A stretch of 64,000 nucleotides of DNA from Saccostrea cucullata (Eukaryota), in the NCBI RefSeq assembly GCF_032062105.1, contig NW_026921433.1, positions 62,001-126,000 on the forward strand, read 5' to 3'. Shown piece after piece: positions 13,800 through 27,589 of this stretch (its first letter is position 1; each line of letters starts with the position of its first letter). The notes under the pieces were generated by a model. That model did no database searches. It saw only the letters and a program-made list of their open reading frames with translations, and was not told the origin of the DNA. The translations under genes were made by a program, and so were the position numbers.

Positions 13800-16700
13800 T
13801 GTATGAATTTATTCTGGCTGGTTTCAAACAATAGTTCTAGAAAACCTATTTAACTTACCGTGTAAGATTATCTATGGAAATAAATTTAATTGTAATATAA
13901 TAAGGCTAGCTTTATATCTGAGAATTGACTCTCCAGGCTTTTAGTACTCATATGTATTACATGTAACACAAGGTGTTACAGCAGTAAACGTTTTACTCCC
14001 ACCTATGACTCCAAATGGGATCTTGGGATCAGTTCTTAACTTTATTCTAATTAATGCTTTTCACCAAACTTATCTGTATGAGCTGTGGGCCTATACATCA
14101 TAAACTGGATGTTAACAGATACTTTATTAAATGTACTAAGAATATGGAACTTTTTAAAGTTCACTTCTAATGAAAATTACAGATCTATGCCTATTAAAAT
14201 AATAATGTAACTTCACTACCTAGAACTAGGAACAGGACAAGTATTACTAATAAATGGCTCACAGAGAAAAAAACCTTTCCCACATCAAACTGGCTTGCAA
14301 GAATACAAGATTACATCTACATTTTAATTATTCCTTTAGTTAAAAAAAAATACTAGGAATTATTCTGTTGACATTGCCTGACAGTGCATTATTCCTAAAT
14401 TACAAACAATAGTGTACAGTACTTGCCTAAAGCTATGGAGGATTTAAAAAAATAAAATAAATAAATAATAAAATAATAAATTTGTTTAATTCACCAAAAT
14501 TGAAAATGTGATCAGAAGGAAGCTTTTTCTTGTTAGTAAAGGTTTAATTCATACACTGAACAAGTATTGCCACCTAAAAAGTACTGTGAATAATTTTAAC
14601 TTTTGTCATGCCTTAGAGCCTATGGCTGAGAAATAGAATTTTGCTGTGGTTTCTGGATGAAATATATATGTTTACCTGGCATGAATCTAGTATAGTTAGT
14701 GGATTTTTTTTTGACAAATGCTATAATTTCTAATCCATTAATAACAATTGAATAGCTTTGTATTTCCTAAAATTTTCCCTGACTGAAGCTGTTTGTGAAA
14801 TTCCAATGGGTTGGACTTGGAATGTTTCTAGCCCTGGATCTTATAATTAGTGGTTTCCACTGTTTTGTTGAATATAGTATAAGCCATAAAATTAAATTTA
14901 CTCTATGATTTATGTATCTTAAATGAAATCCATAGGCATATATCATGCTTATCAAGTTTAGAAGTTTGATCAGTGATCACAATTATACTAAATTTATTCA
15001 GTCCAAAGAAAAATGCCACTGTGAAATACATTGCATCAATTGGCCAAATCTTTGTATATTCCAACAGGTGGACCTAATGTAGTAATGAAATTAATTCCAA
15101 ATATTTAAGTCCTTTATATATGTGCCCTCTTGTTTATCAATAATTGACTACTGAATAAAGATATATGCTTAAGTCATTTAAATAAGCAGACTACATGTAC
15201 GATCAGTTTATATTTGTGTCTACTTGATTTGATAACCTTAGTACACTGTATCTTGCAAATAATAAATCTTACTGAATAGATCCAAATTTTGTTATACTCC
15301 TAAGTCATGATCAATAGCCTCATATACAACTCATTCTAGTAAGTGTATAATACACTCTTCTACTGAAATCCCTATCCAATTGATATTTTTCCTAAAGAAT
15401 TTATTATATTCAACTAAAGAGTAAGACCCAAATTGTCTATCAATATATATATTTTTTGTCCCAAAAATTGAATGAATGGCATGTCTCTCCCCTATCTATA
15501 TGTGTTATGAATTTGAATGACCAAAGTTAATTTCAGTAATATTTTTAACCCTGATGTTTTAAAATTCTCATCTGATGTAAATATTCCATGAACTTTATTC
15601 TCTAACCAATAAAATAAAATTATCAAGAATAGCTTTTATGAATATCAATTATTTTTAGTAAAACTACTTAAAGTAATTTTTTAAGCTAAAATCAAGGTAA
15701 CCCACTGATGAACTCAAAATTCAGGTATGTCATGTGTAAAGCTTAAAGCAGACAAAATTTTGAGTAAACACAAGTAAAAAGCTGGAATATTTTTTCCATC
15801 ATTTTTTGTTAATTGTGAAGTATATCCCATTTATTTAAAACCTTATTAAATTAACCTTGTCAGTACTAGATGAGAATGAATAATTGATATTACATGATTC
15901 ATGATCAGTTACTATTTTTCTGGGTCACAGCACACCTATAGCTAAAAATTTTAAATACTTACCAGAGCTAAAAGAAGAGAATTTCTAATTTAAGCAACTG
16001 GTTACAGCATACAGCAGATTATGTTCTTTCACATGCATTGAGCAATGATTTGTCATTTTCCTTAATTTACCAGTCTAACTCTAATTTATCCAAACCACAG
16101 GTAAATAAAATTATCAATTCCTTTATTCCTATTATGGTTATAGCCTTAAAAGTGAAGAATGCATGAGCAAGAAGTACATCAATCAAAATCCCCATCCCAA
16201 AAATCCTAAAGCAAATACCCTTGTGTCAGATTGTATTGTCAAATTTATTGTACGACTCATTACACAATTAAAAATAATTAGCATGGCTCTTATGAGTAAG
16301 TGAGCTACCTTTGATTGCCAATGAATTTGATAAAATTTATGCATTTGCCAAAGGAACCATGGGGCAATACTTCACACATGAGAATCTCTGAATTTAATAT
16401 TAAGAGTACATCAGATTTGAAGTTTAAATAAAGCATTGGTTTTTTCTTGGTTGATTGTGTTGTTTAATATACATGATATAGGGGGCATAATTTTAGCCAA
16501 ATATGAACTAAGTTCCTATTGCATGATAATAACTTTTAACCTGATTTATTCTGAATATTACCCTTACAATGTTTGAATTTTCCCTGTTAATCCTCAGATC
16601 TGGAAAAGGTATATTTGCTTCCGAGCCCCTTTTGGATTTTGTTTGTTTGTTTTATATATTCCTATTGCAAAGTGCATTTAAAAAATCCCCCAATTGTATC
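13800..16700 (-). pseudogene. Very old LINE RT relic
   Basis: Weak collinear remnants on the minus strand: IYIDNL-like ~15430, KYLEL-like ~15100, LILYSTKQW ~14870 (cf. PILLYGSEIW), CVTCN ~13970. No open frame. Confidence 0.35.
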
Positions 16701-17559
16701 ACTTGAGAATGTTCAATTGAATAAATGTTTCGAAAATTGATAAACACCGACTAGCCTTTAATGTTTTGATCACTTTACTGCTATTAAGCCCCCCCCCCCC
16801 CCCCCCCGACTTATAATTGATAATGCCCGATTTATATATAAATATATTTAATGCTTAATTACAAAATATTCCTTAGTCTGATATATATTTGCCCGTAAAC
16901 TAAAGCGTAATCAAGTTTTAACACAACTTATGCCACATGTATGCTGGCAAAGAAAATTTCAATCCTAGCCAATCTTGCATTTTTTTCGAAAAAGAATACT
17001 CCATCCATGCATTTAATCATCAAATCCGATATTTGTCTATACTATTTTATGAAATTATTTAAGAAATAATCGTGATTGAAAGCATATTTTTTGAAAATTC
17101 TATCTGCTACATCTAAGAATCCAGGAAAAGAGGGGGAATTTGAGATATCCTGAACCCGATCTAATTCATAGCTAACCCAACTGAAATAGCAGCAACAAAG
17201 TTTTCCTCATAAAATAAAGGCATCTATTCTTTCAATTAATAGATGCTGTTATTTAACTTATCAAAATAAACTTATTTTCATTCACAATATTGTCGTATTT
17301 TCACATTTCAAGTGGGACTATGTAAAGATCGCGGAAGGAGTCTACTAAAATGAATTTTTACGCTATCGTTTAGATATGTATTCTGATAATTAATTTATTA
17401 TCATATGGACCGAAATTTATTTTCTTAGTTTACAGGTAGGCTTTACCCGAATTTGCATTCAGATTTTTAATTAGATGGAAAGTTAAAAAGAAATATTTTA
17501 AGCCTAATGGAGACATCATTAACGGACAGTTACTTTGAATAAAATAATGCGCGAAAAAT

Positions 17560-17709
17560 AATCATTCATTACATACTCGTGTGGGATAGTGAAATTCCAC
17601 CTCGGGGCCAAGAGTCATGGTCTAGGACTCGGCAAAGCCTCGTTCTAGACTGTGAATTTTGTCCCCGAGGTGTAATTTCACTATCCCACACTCGTAGTAA
17701 TGAATGATT
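17560..17709. mobile_element. 150-bp foldback (hairpin) element
   Basis: AATCATTCATTAC...GTGTGGGATAGTGAAATT...CTCGGGG mirrored by CCCCGAG...AATTTCACTATCCCACAC...GTAATGAATGATT around a GGCAAAGCC loop. Confidence 0.75.
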
Positions 17710-17715
17710 CTATTA

Positions 17716-17855
17716 ATCCCTTTAGGTGAACAGAGAATATCAGAAATGGATAACGACACGAATTATCAGGAGTTATTGCAACAAAGATATAACTATAGTT
17801 ATCTCCGCAGTTCAATTTACATTGTACTTTGTACATTAATTGGTATAACTGGGAA
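17716..17855 (+). pseudogene. Truncated duplicate of the 5' end of the GPCR exon
   Basis: MDNDTNYQELLQQRYNYSYLRSSIYIVLCTLIGITG (ATG 17746) matches MDNDTNYQMLLQQRYYYSYLSSSIFIVLCALIGITG at 19951, including the upstream AG; homology stops at ~17855. Confidence 0.85.
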
Positions 17856-18734
17856 ATTTGTTTTTCTATGTCATAAACCAAAACTAAAAGAAAATTTGAG
17901 TTACCCTGAAAAAGAAAAAAAAATTAGCAAAGTACGTGTAAGCAACAATTAAACAGCAAGTTTATTAATTTATCAGAAAATATTTTCTGTTCTTTATGGT
18001 TACCTACAACATGGCTTTATGATGAATGGTGACTGTTTCTATTCTAACGTCCACTTCACTTATTTGAGTAGCACATGATTGTGAGGTTTATTGTCTTTTA
18101 TTTATGACTTATACAAGAACTTGCTCTACTAATGAACGAAGAGCACACGGCAGGTATGACAGATCAAAAGGAGATGCTGGCTCCTCAATGACACCTAATC
18201 CCACCTCTAATGGCTTTAAAAGTTTGTGTTTGCTCTGCTACTGATCTGTCGTTGAAGTGGATTTTGAACATACCGATGGCTACTATTCCTTTTCTTGATA
18301 TATTCTAGTAAGTTTATGTAGCGTGATATTAAAGCTTAGGAATCGTGATCATGTACCTGAATTTTGCCTACTTTTCATGGTTCTTTTGAATACTTTTTGC
18401 AAAAATACTCACTATCTTTTCTTTTAATATTGTGTGAGGTATGTTTCGGAACGAGTTTTTTTTTCCTTTTGGGCTTGAGCTAAAAGATATTTTAAGTGAC
18501 ATTTTATTTCTTTGTGTAAGGACTATTTCCTTTGCATCGATATATTTATATAGGGAGCGGTAAATTTATGGTTATATTCTATACTTCCTCAATTTACTGT
18601 TCACGGTTCAGCAGACAATAATTAAAGCAGTCATACTACGAGGGCCTCTTACTTCCTGGACATGCATATAAGATAATTTTATCATTAAAAAATACTATGC
18701 AATGTAACCTACATGTTTGGCGAATATATATATG

Positions 18735-18935
18735 TACTGTGGAATAATTTTAATTCGTGGGGGGTCAATGTTCCTGTTCGTCAGACTGTGATTTCGTGGG
18801 TTACTAGTCAATACAATGTTTAACGTAACAATATGTTAAAAAAATAAATGTTCGCGGGAATGTAAATTCGTGGGTAAAGCTGACCCACAAAATCCACGAA
18901 CATTGGTCCCTCACAAACAATGATGCTATATCCAG
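18735..18935. mobile_element. MITE related to 12243-12447
   Basis: TACTGTGG start, TTCGTGG/CCACGAA motifs. Confidence 0.5.
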
Positions 18936-19950
18936 GTCGTCACAAAGGTTAGGTTTACTGTTGCAAAAAGATTATAGCATATGAGATCAACTAAAAGTAT
19001 TACGGATATTTGAAATAATCATTCCTAACATATTTTGATTTACTTTCATGAACCTTGGATCAAAAATGTTCCACCCATCATAATTTTTTTCTTATTGATG
19101 GGAATTGAAACAGCAACAATATTTTTTAATGAATATAAAGAAAATATTTATACTTTCACTTTGAATAAACTTCACTTTAAAGAAACAAACGCAATCATTC
19201 CCAATGTCTTCTTTAATTGAATTTTTTCAGGGAACCGCCTTCAAATCAAAATCCTACCTGACGATACATGTATACTTGACTAGCCAACACAATTGCACAT
19301 TTTCATTATTCAGTTATGGCTGAGTCAAAAACAAACACTTTTAAAACGTTTAATTGGTCGGATTTTAAAATAATCAATCCATTTCTTTCAACTTATGAAT
19401 AAATAGAATTTTATCTTTTGAAATCAGCTATATTTTATACAATGTTTAAAAAATAAAAACTTCTAAAAATAAATGCAACTTATTTTATAAAGTGTATCGC
19501 AATGTTCTTGATTCATTGTATATATAGAACTGTAGATATTACTTTTGACATAGAGTCCAATATTATAACACAAAATTACTATTGCAGGACTTTTACTACC
19601 TTATATCATTCTTCATTTTAAAACTTCATTTTAGATTCATTTCTAATCAAGCAAGGGTTACATCGCAAAAGTTGATAGGTGATATATTTGCATCATAAGT
19701 AAACAATACGTCATTTGTGTAATATATTGTTTGATTATTAAAACATTTATTTCGCTCGTGTTTTTCAAAATCAGAATTTCCTCGAATAAATTTTCAGTCC
19801 TAAGCTTGAATACAGACTACTTACACATTTGAATTACAAAAAATTAAAAGGTTTTCAATAATCGCATATATACGTATTTACAGTGTACCACAAGGAAGAA
19901 ATGATAGTTTTCTTACATCCCTTTACGTAGATGAATAGAGGATATCGGCA

Positions 19951-21165
19951 ATGGATAACGACACAAATTACCAGATGTTATTGCAACAAAGATATTACTA
20001 TAGTTATCTCAGCAGCTCAATTTTCATTGTACTTTGTGCATTAATTGGTATAACTGGGAACTTTGCAATTATATATTTCTACTTCTTCCGCATCAAAGAG
20101 AGAGGAGAGCGTTACTTTATCCCGTTATTGGCCATTGTTGACCTTGTGGCGTGTTTTACAAGTCCCCCTTTCTACATCTTGGACAACACCTTCTTTTTCA
20201 ATTATCCCAGTGATACAGCCTGTAAAATTCTTGCGTTTCTACAGACGTGTGTTCCCGGAGCATCAGCTCATATACTCCTTGTTATATCTATACAGAGATA
20301 TCTTCTTGTTTGTAAACCTTTCGGTCCAAAAATGACTCTTGTTTGGAAAAGAGCTTCTTTTGGAGTAGTTTGTGGAATTTCTGTGTCTTATTCTGCTCCT
20401 CTACTTTGGACCGCTGGTATTCTAGAGTCAACAGAAATATTCATGGACCACAATGTCACAATTACTATATGTAAATTTTCCGTTGACTCCTCACCAACAA
20501 TAACCGTGTATTTCGGATTTCTGACTCTCATTATGTTGGCAAACCTATTTATTACAGCAGGGTTGTATGTTCCCGTTTTGAAGCGAGTTAGGCGTTCCTT
20601 CCTTCAAAGATCCAAGACAAATAAAGCTTATAATAACGGAGAAGGAGTTGTGGAATCGTCATATGCAACGCAAACAACTGAAGCAGAGAATGGTTCCGTA
20701 GACAGCACGAACAATGCTAAAGGTCCGCAATTAAGTGAGACGACAATACACAATGCAACGAATGATTGCCAAGAAACTGTTCCTCAATCATCAAATAATA
20801 TCTCTGAAAATATTGTTGAAACAAATGTGGATGATTGTAAAAGCAGCACAGCAAAGAAAAAGGCAAGCACCAAAATGGCGTCCGTGCAGAGACGAGTGAC
20901 GTGGATGTTTTTTGTTATAATACTTGCTTATGTCTTTTCTTACATACCACCACTTATTATTTTAATTCTTGTGTATACAGTTGAAGATTTTAGTTTCATA
21001 AACCTTACCGAGGCTCAGACTAATGCATGGCTTTATTTTTCACGATTTGTGTTTTTGAATCAAATTATCAATCCTTTTATTTACGGTTATTTTGATACAA
21101 AATTCAGACATCAGCTTCGTATCTGTTGTAAAAGAAGAAGCTCGAAAAAGTTCAATTTAATTTAA
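19951..21165 (+). CDS. Rhodopsin-like (class A) GPCR, 404 aa, peptide-receptor-like orphan, single coding exon
   Basis: Seven hydrophobic segments; GN (TM1), LAIVD (TM2), conserved Cys before TM3, IQRY (DRY position), FSYIP (TM6), NPFIY (TM7), CC after helix 8; long polar third intracellular loop; possible acceptor AG at 19929-19930. Confidence 0.93.
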   Translation: MDNDTNYQMLLQQRYYYSYLSSSIFIVLCALIGITGNFAIIYFYFFRIKERGERYFIPLLAIVDLVACFTSPPFYILDNTFFFNYPSDTACKILAFLQTCVPGASAHILLVISIQRYLLVCKPFGPKMTLVWKRASFGVVCGISVSYSAPLLWTAGILESTEIFMDHNVTITICKFSVDSSPTITVYFGFLTLIMLANLFITAGLYVPVLKRVRRSFLQRSKTNKAYNNGEGVVESSYATQTTEAENGSVDSTNNAKGPQLSETTIHNATNDCQETVPQSSNNISENIVETNVDDCKSSTAKKKASTKMASVQRRVTWMFFVIILAYVFSYIPPLIILILVYTVEDFSFINLTEAQTNAWLYFSRFVFLNQIINPFIYGYFDTKFRHQLRICCKRRSSKKFNLI

Positions 21166-22589
21166 ACCTATTAATTTAAAAAAAAAAAAAGGTAAACAAT
21201 GAATTGATGAGAATATACATGTATATATAATTATTATTTTTTATATGTAAAGTAACTGGCTTCGATATTGAAATTATTGATATTGTTTCGAATTAGAAAA
21301 CATGTGTCTTCAGGAAACCGATCTAAAAAATGTGAATTGAATATTAATTGAACTGTGAAAAGTTAAATTTCAGATTGTCGATTTTTTTTTAACTTTAAGC
21401 TACGTCTGTATATGCATTCTGAAATATATAATTATAAAAAGATTTTTTCCTGTATTTTATCTTCTTTTATCATTTAGTAGAATTGTACATGTTAAGGCGA
21501 TTTAATGGAACAGTTTTCGTAAAGTTGTAATAGTGTCCTGGTAATTGTTAGAGAAGAAAAAAAAGGTATGATTTCAAATTGAATTAGGTTGATTTATAAA
21601 TTTATGACATCTTTTGAATCTCCAGGAAGATAAACCAAAGAAAAGAAATAAGGACAATTCCTGTAGATAAAATACCAGCCATTATAATTAAGCATTGTAT
21701 TAATTCTTTACTTATTTCAATGAAGGCTCTAAAGCAATATATATCTATTAATTTTCCGCAACTTATAAAATTTACAAACTTTAATTGCTTTAGTTGCAAA
21801 TAATACTTCCTTGTTGTTGTAAATAAAAAGTTGAAATATATGAAAACTGTCTAATATTTGATTACACATTAGATTTATCTAGACATTCATGCATGAATTG
21901 AATTTTGGATTTATTGCTGCGTTATTGTTTTTCGATCATCAAAAATAAAAGAAAATGCAAGTCAACCATAAAAAAAATTAATTAGTATATTTCACTTTAC
22001 CAGGAATTTTTTTTTATTTACCAAAAAATATTTTTATATAGAAACCAATTTGTTTGTTTTTCACTGTTTAATTACAAAGTGTGGTAAACGCTTGCCAGTT
22101 TAACTGTGCGAAGGATGATCAAAAATAGATATTTTTTGAGTGTTCCTTCAAGTTCATTGTTCTTCTGAATAAGGCAATCAGATTATAAACATTTTTTTTT
22201 TTATATTTATTATAACATTGTTGCTCATTCTTTATCCATGTTATTATTATATTAGTTTGGAAACATCTTTACTAGTCAATATAGAGCTCTTAAATAGAAC
22301 ATGTAGAATGTAGACTTTAATGAAGTCCACAGTTTTAGGGAATACATAAGATCATCGGTCAGCGAGAAGTCTGCAGTGACCCTTACAGCCATAGGTCAAC
22401 ATTCCACCGTATCGATCGCACAGGTGATTTAAATGACCAGTGACCTACTTATCGAGCATCCCTCAATACTGTGTCTATAGTGAGGGATATACCTTCTTAT
22501 ATCATTCAATGTGAGGGATGACCTGTGGGATGCCCTCTGTTTCCTTATATGAGGGATGGGTGGCGCAGAACTGTCCTTTCTCATTCATC

Positions 22590-22810
22590 ATTGACGATAG
22601 AAAAGTTAAAGTCAAGTTTATCATATAGCTTGGTTAAGTTGTTAGAATACCATTTACCATTAGCGCCTTTTTTAAGTAAAATATCCAAGTATGAAACAGA
22701 TATGTCAGACTCTGTGGTATCTTTTTTTTTTCAAGCTCAACAGGATATATCTATCGACGCGTACGTTGGAATGGAAATTACTATTGTTAATTGACAATGC
22801 GTCGTCGATA
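22590..22810 (-). pseudogene. Penelope-like RT fragment
   Basis: Alignable by eye to 60474-60677 (TTGACGATAGAAAAGTTAAAGTCA...TAAAATATCCAAG...GTCAGACTCTGT...GGAATGGAAATTAC...GTCGTCGATA). Confidence 0.75.
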
Positions 22811-24499
22811 ATCATACATGTATCATAATCAATTTGATGATAGTGAACGATAAAAATAAATTCATAAATTTCAGTAAATCGATAATTACAATAATTAACC
22901 TATACGCTATAAATTAAAAATATATCTATTGGGTTTATCGCTGATTAACGTTTCAACTTAAGTGATTTACGATCCGATTTACATATCTTTACCTCAAGGT
23001 GTAACATAAGTTCAGACTCTAAGATAACGGGGTGAATTTTATTTTTATTTAAACGCGTATAATATTTATGCTTTTCCGAGTTCCTTTTTTCAAATTTTCT
23101 TCCAGCACTGTCCAACCACTGCATTTAAACCCATTTTAGTTTAACAGCCTATACCAAGTGATTTACAATTAGCCTATTGCAAATGATATCTTAAAGGTAG
23201 AATTCAAAAACTAACATTATTAAAATAATCATATTCAAATTACCACTAATTCTAAAGTGTTTTATCTCTCTTTCTTTATTCTTTATTTGAGTCAAAAACA
23301 TAAACCCGAATAAACACGTCAATATTTCTATGACGTGCTTTTCTTCAAATACTGTACAATAAAGGTCCATCAGAGCTTCCGTACTAAAGGTGTCTGGACA
23401 AAGCACTGGACCGTGTACGAAAGGATTATTATGAAATGAAATCTTTGAAAGGTCTGACAAATAATGCACCTAAAAAAATTATATATAAACGAATGAACAA
23501 ACGAAAATGGAATCATAGCAAATAAATAACAAATGTGCGCTTAGGTATAAATAAAAGCTTGGTCATTTTACATTGAGCGGGTACTCTAACGTGTTGGGAT
23601 TGCCTTGTTCCGGGTCGTTTCCTGTTAATAGAAGACAAGAAGAAAAGTAAGTGATTTATATGTGTATAATCAATAAAGAGTGTATCAATCATATATCCTC
23701 AGTACGGTGGGTCAATTTGTTTTACTGGCTGGTTCTCTTACTAGTTTTATATTTAACTATGTACCTGGTTTATTTTTACGGTGAACATATCGGATAATAA
23801 TTAAGTAATTTAATCTCAATTTGCCTCGAACAAAATGTAAAGGTGTCCAGCAATGGTGTATTTAACAGAATCGAGACATGTTAAAATTGATATATTTCAC
23901 TAATATATAGATGTGCAATAAGTGAGGGCAGGATAAATGTTTCATTTTTATTTTCGATCAGAAAATTTGCATATGAAAAGTTAAATACATTCATATGAAT
24001 GTACCTATTTATGTACAAACTCAAATTTGATATTGTGATATTTTGAATGAACGAAGCAATTTGAAGGTTGGATTAAAACTATTTGTTTTGTTTTTTTTGT
24101 AATTCCATAATTTGATGAGCCTCTTCCGTAATTGATACTCATAGCAAAAGTGATCGAATTCTTCCAACTTTTTTTTACCCCGGGATCTTTGTTTAGCAAA
24201 TATATTTAATACACATTAATTTTGACAAATGTTATCCCCATGGGGAAGGAGTTCTGTATATCGATTTTTTTTCCCTTCAAAATTGCCCTGTTCTTGTTTT
24301 TGTACAAAATATATGCTGATATCTTTATCAATTTATTTGGTGTTATTATATAATTATTTTAAAATACTGTCAAGCTGTGGATTCCTTGCAGAGTTTTATT
24401 ATACGTTGTGTTTAATTAATAATCAGACCACCGTTAAGGTCCCTATACGGTCGGTGTTTTCCCAGTATTTTTCCGATCATTATTGTTAAGGTAGTAAAG

Positions 24500-27400
24500 A
24501 TAGAGTCATTATTCATCCGCTCCTGTCGAGATGATGAAACGTGAGCAAGAACAGAGGTTTTGACAGTTCTTTTCCATTCGGATTTTGAAGGGAAAGAGCC
24601 TTCACACAAGTACTTTTTAAGGAAGTGACAGAGGTTGTATTTGGACAGAATTGAGATTATATCCGGAATGAATCCATAACACACGATATTGTTGTTTTGT
24701 AGGAAGTCAAAAAGGCGATTCAGGAATAACTGTTTTGTGAGAAAACTGGGGTCTAGTTCGCAAAGACGGCCAAAGAATTGAAGTTTTTTATGTCAATTTC
24801 TGCGGATATTGGGATAAGACCAAGAAGACTCTCACACATGTCGGATCTTGTTTGTTTAGGCAGAGACATGGTGTGTTTACAAACGAAATGCTGAAACGTG
24901 CTGAGAAGTTTAATATCTTTTTGCCGGAGATCACACCAAAGTTCACTTCCATATAAGACGGCAGGGAGCACCACCTTCTTGTACAAGTTAGCAATGGTAA
25001 TGGGATTTAAGTGTTCGCACGCCTTCAGAGCAAAATATGCTTGGCGTCCTTTCCTACAGGCATTGTGGGTTCTCTCGCTCGGATTCATCTTACAGTGTAG
25101 GAAGATCCCAAGATGGTTGTAGGTCTCCGATAGGTGAACAGGTTCTTCACCTAATCTCCAAGACAGAGAGGTACTAAGGCGGTTTCCGGCTCGGTTAAAG
25201 AGGAGAACACTTGACTTGCTGGCATTAAATTTGAATCGCCATCGCGTGGAATAACTGTACGCAGTGTCGAGCATATTCTGTAGTCCTACAGGGGAGAGAG
25301 CTATACAGGAAATGTCGTCAGCAAGAGTAGGGTTTGAACTGGCGATACTATATATCCCGGTGTTGTGACCTGTTCGTTGGAGTTCATTAAGTAGATCGTT
25401 GTTGAACACCAAGTACAAGAAAGTGGAGAGCACCCCTCCCTGTCGTACACCTTGGGTAACGGGAAACCATTCGGAGTTCGTTTGGTTTACGGCAACAGAG
25501 CAGGATGTGTCGGTGTGGCAGTCATCGATGAGAGACCATAAGTGGCCAGATATACCAAGCTGATGCAATTTAAACATTAGACCATGTCTCCAGACAGTGT
25601 CAAAGGCCTTCTGGGTGTCGAGAAAGGCAACAAAAACCGGACTTCTGTGTTCAATATTATGAAATATTGTCTCTTGTAGGTTGAAGGAAGCAGTAATACA
25701 ACCTAACTTTTGTTGAAATCCTTGTTGTTGGAAATTAGGAAAGTGGATATTCGACAGATGAAATGTTTTTATTCTTGTTAACAGCAGTTTTTCAAATAAT
25801 TTAAAAAGACAAGGCAGCAAGGCAATCGGCCTATAGCTGTCAGGAGATTTCCTTGGTTTATTGCTACCTTTGTAGATCGGAGTGATGAGATCGCGCTTCC
25901 ATATTGTGGGCACCTTCCCTATCTTTACGATGGAGTTAAAAAGGTAAGCAATACATTTGGTTAGACCCATGCCTCCGTAAATAAGGTGTTCATTCTGAAT
26001 GCGGTCTAGGCCCGGAGCCTTCCTGCGCTTGAGGGTCGTAATAATAGCAAGGATTTCCTCATGAGTTACTGCGCCTCCAGGCATCGACAGTCTCCCGTCG
26101 ACGAGAACTGAACGTTTTATTTCTTCATATGAGCTTTCGATAGTGTTTTTAAAGGCTAAGTCGTAATGATCACAGTCATTGGAATTGTAAACATTTTCGA
26201 AATGTTGTGCAAAGCACATCGCAACTCCAGATGGGTCATCGTACGTTTCTCCATTCCGTTGAATTTCAGGGTAGATCTTACAGCTTTTGGGACGTCGACG
26301 ATGGATTAGTTTCCAAAATAGGCGCACGTCACATTCAGAGGCTTCATCGATGTCATTGAAAACTTTAGTCATGTACCGATCGTGCTCTCTATTCAGTTCA
26401 TTTCGAAAGTTTCTTTTAGCGCGTTTGTAGTTTCTGTAGGATTCATTGTGCATTCCGCGCGGGCGACCATCGCGAATCCAGTTTTGACGTTGTTGGCGTT
26501 CCTGGGAATGGAGTACTTTCACGGTTGATGTCCATTCAGGTTTTAAATAAGGTTTGTATTTAGCAGTAGGTATGGACAGGGACGCAGAGTTATGCAGCAC
26601 AGTATTTAAATCGTTACAAAATGAATTGACATTGTCAATACAATTAAGATCTCTTCCTAAAAACTGTACAGTTTGGTTTTCAACAGATGTTTCGTAATCT
26701 TTTAGTTTGCTACTCTCCGCTTTATGCCAAGCTGGGAGTGAGGCTAAAGATTCACATAATACATGACATTTTATATCAATATCAAGCTTCATCAATAATG
26801 GCAGATGATCCGATGTAAGACAAAAAGACCCTTCTTCAAACACATGGTATTGTTTTACATGTTTACATAGAACCTTACTACAAAATATATAGTCTAGAGA
26901 AGCTTGAGTCGGGATGAACGTATAATGAGATCCCGAACCAGAGAAGTCAATGCCAGGGCATCCAAAATCTTTTCGCTTTAAAAATTCTTTCAAAGACTTT
27001 GATTTATGTACATTTGATCGAACATTGTCAACATTTAGACAACTGGCATTGAAGTCACCCCTATAACAACATCACCTTGCAACGAAAAATGATTGATTAA
27101 AGAATCAAGGATGTTTAATTCATTAATGTAGAACTGGATGTTACTATCGGAAGGGAGATAAACACCGAAAATGAACAAGGATCGCTGGTGTGAGCGTTTT
27201 AGCTCAATACCAATAATGCGATATGAGTCGATATCGGGTATTTCGTGAACTGAAAATGCTAAGTCTTTTTTATACATGATACTAATACCACCTTTACCTA
27301 TAAAACGGGAATATTCGTGGGTACAGTCAAGACCCGATTCAGTTCGTGCAAAACTGGTAAATTTTGAGTGGATCGTATCCAGGTAATTTACATTGTCTGG

Positions 27401-27526
27401 CTTGAGCTTATGTTCAGATATTATAGCTAAATCACAATTAGAGTTATCAAGAATATCTAACAAACACAATGATGAGGACATGATACCTCGTACATTCCAA
27501 CACAAAATATTAAGGCTTTCAGACAT
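24500..27526 (-). CDS. LINE ORF2 (APE + RT), about 1000 codons, broken by two 1-bp frameshifts
   Basis: ORFs 27035-27559, 24753-26993 and 24412-24684 join into one frame if one base is added to the C4 run at 27058-27061 and one to the T6 run at 24784-24789. Confidence 0.85.
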
Positions 27527-27589
27527 AATGAACACAAACAAGAAACTGAAAAGGAACATTGTTTAGATAGAAAGTAACTATGATATAAA

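Noticed and set aside
23546-23652. TATA box and non-coding first exon (donor GTAAGT at 23647) for Cys-rich copy 1
   Set aside because: Plausible, but such motifs are common in AT-rich DNA and no matching exon was found for copy 2.
24000-24503. Helitron inserted at the LINE 3' end (minus-strand TCTTTACTACC start)
   Set aside because: No hairpin-CTAG end or resumed LINE sequence found.
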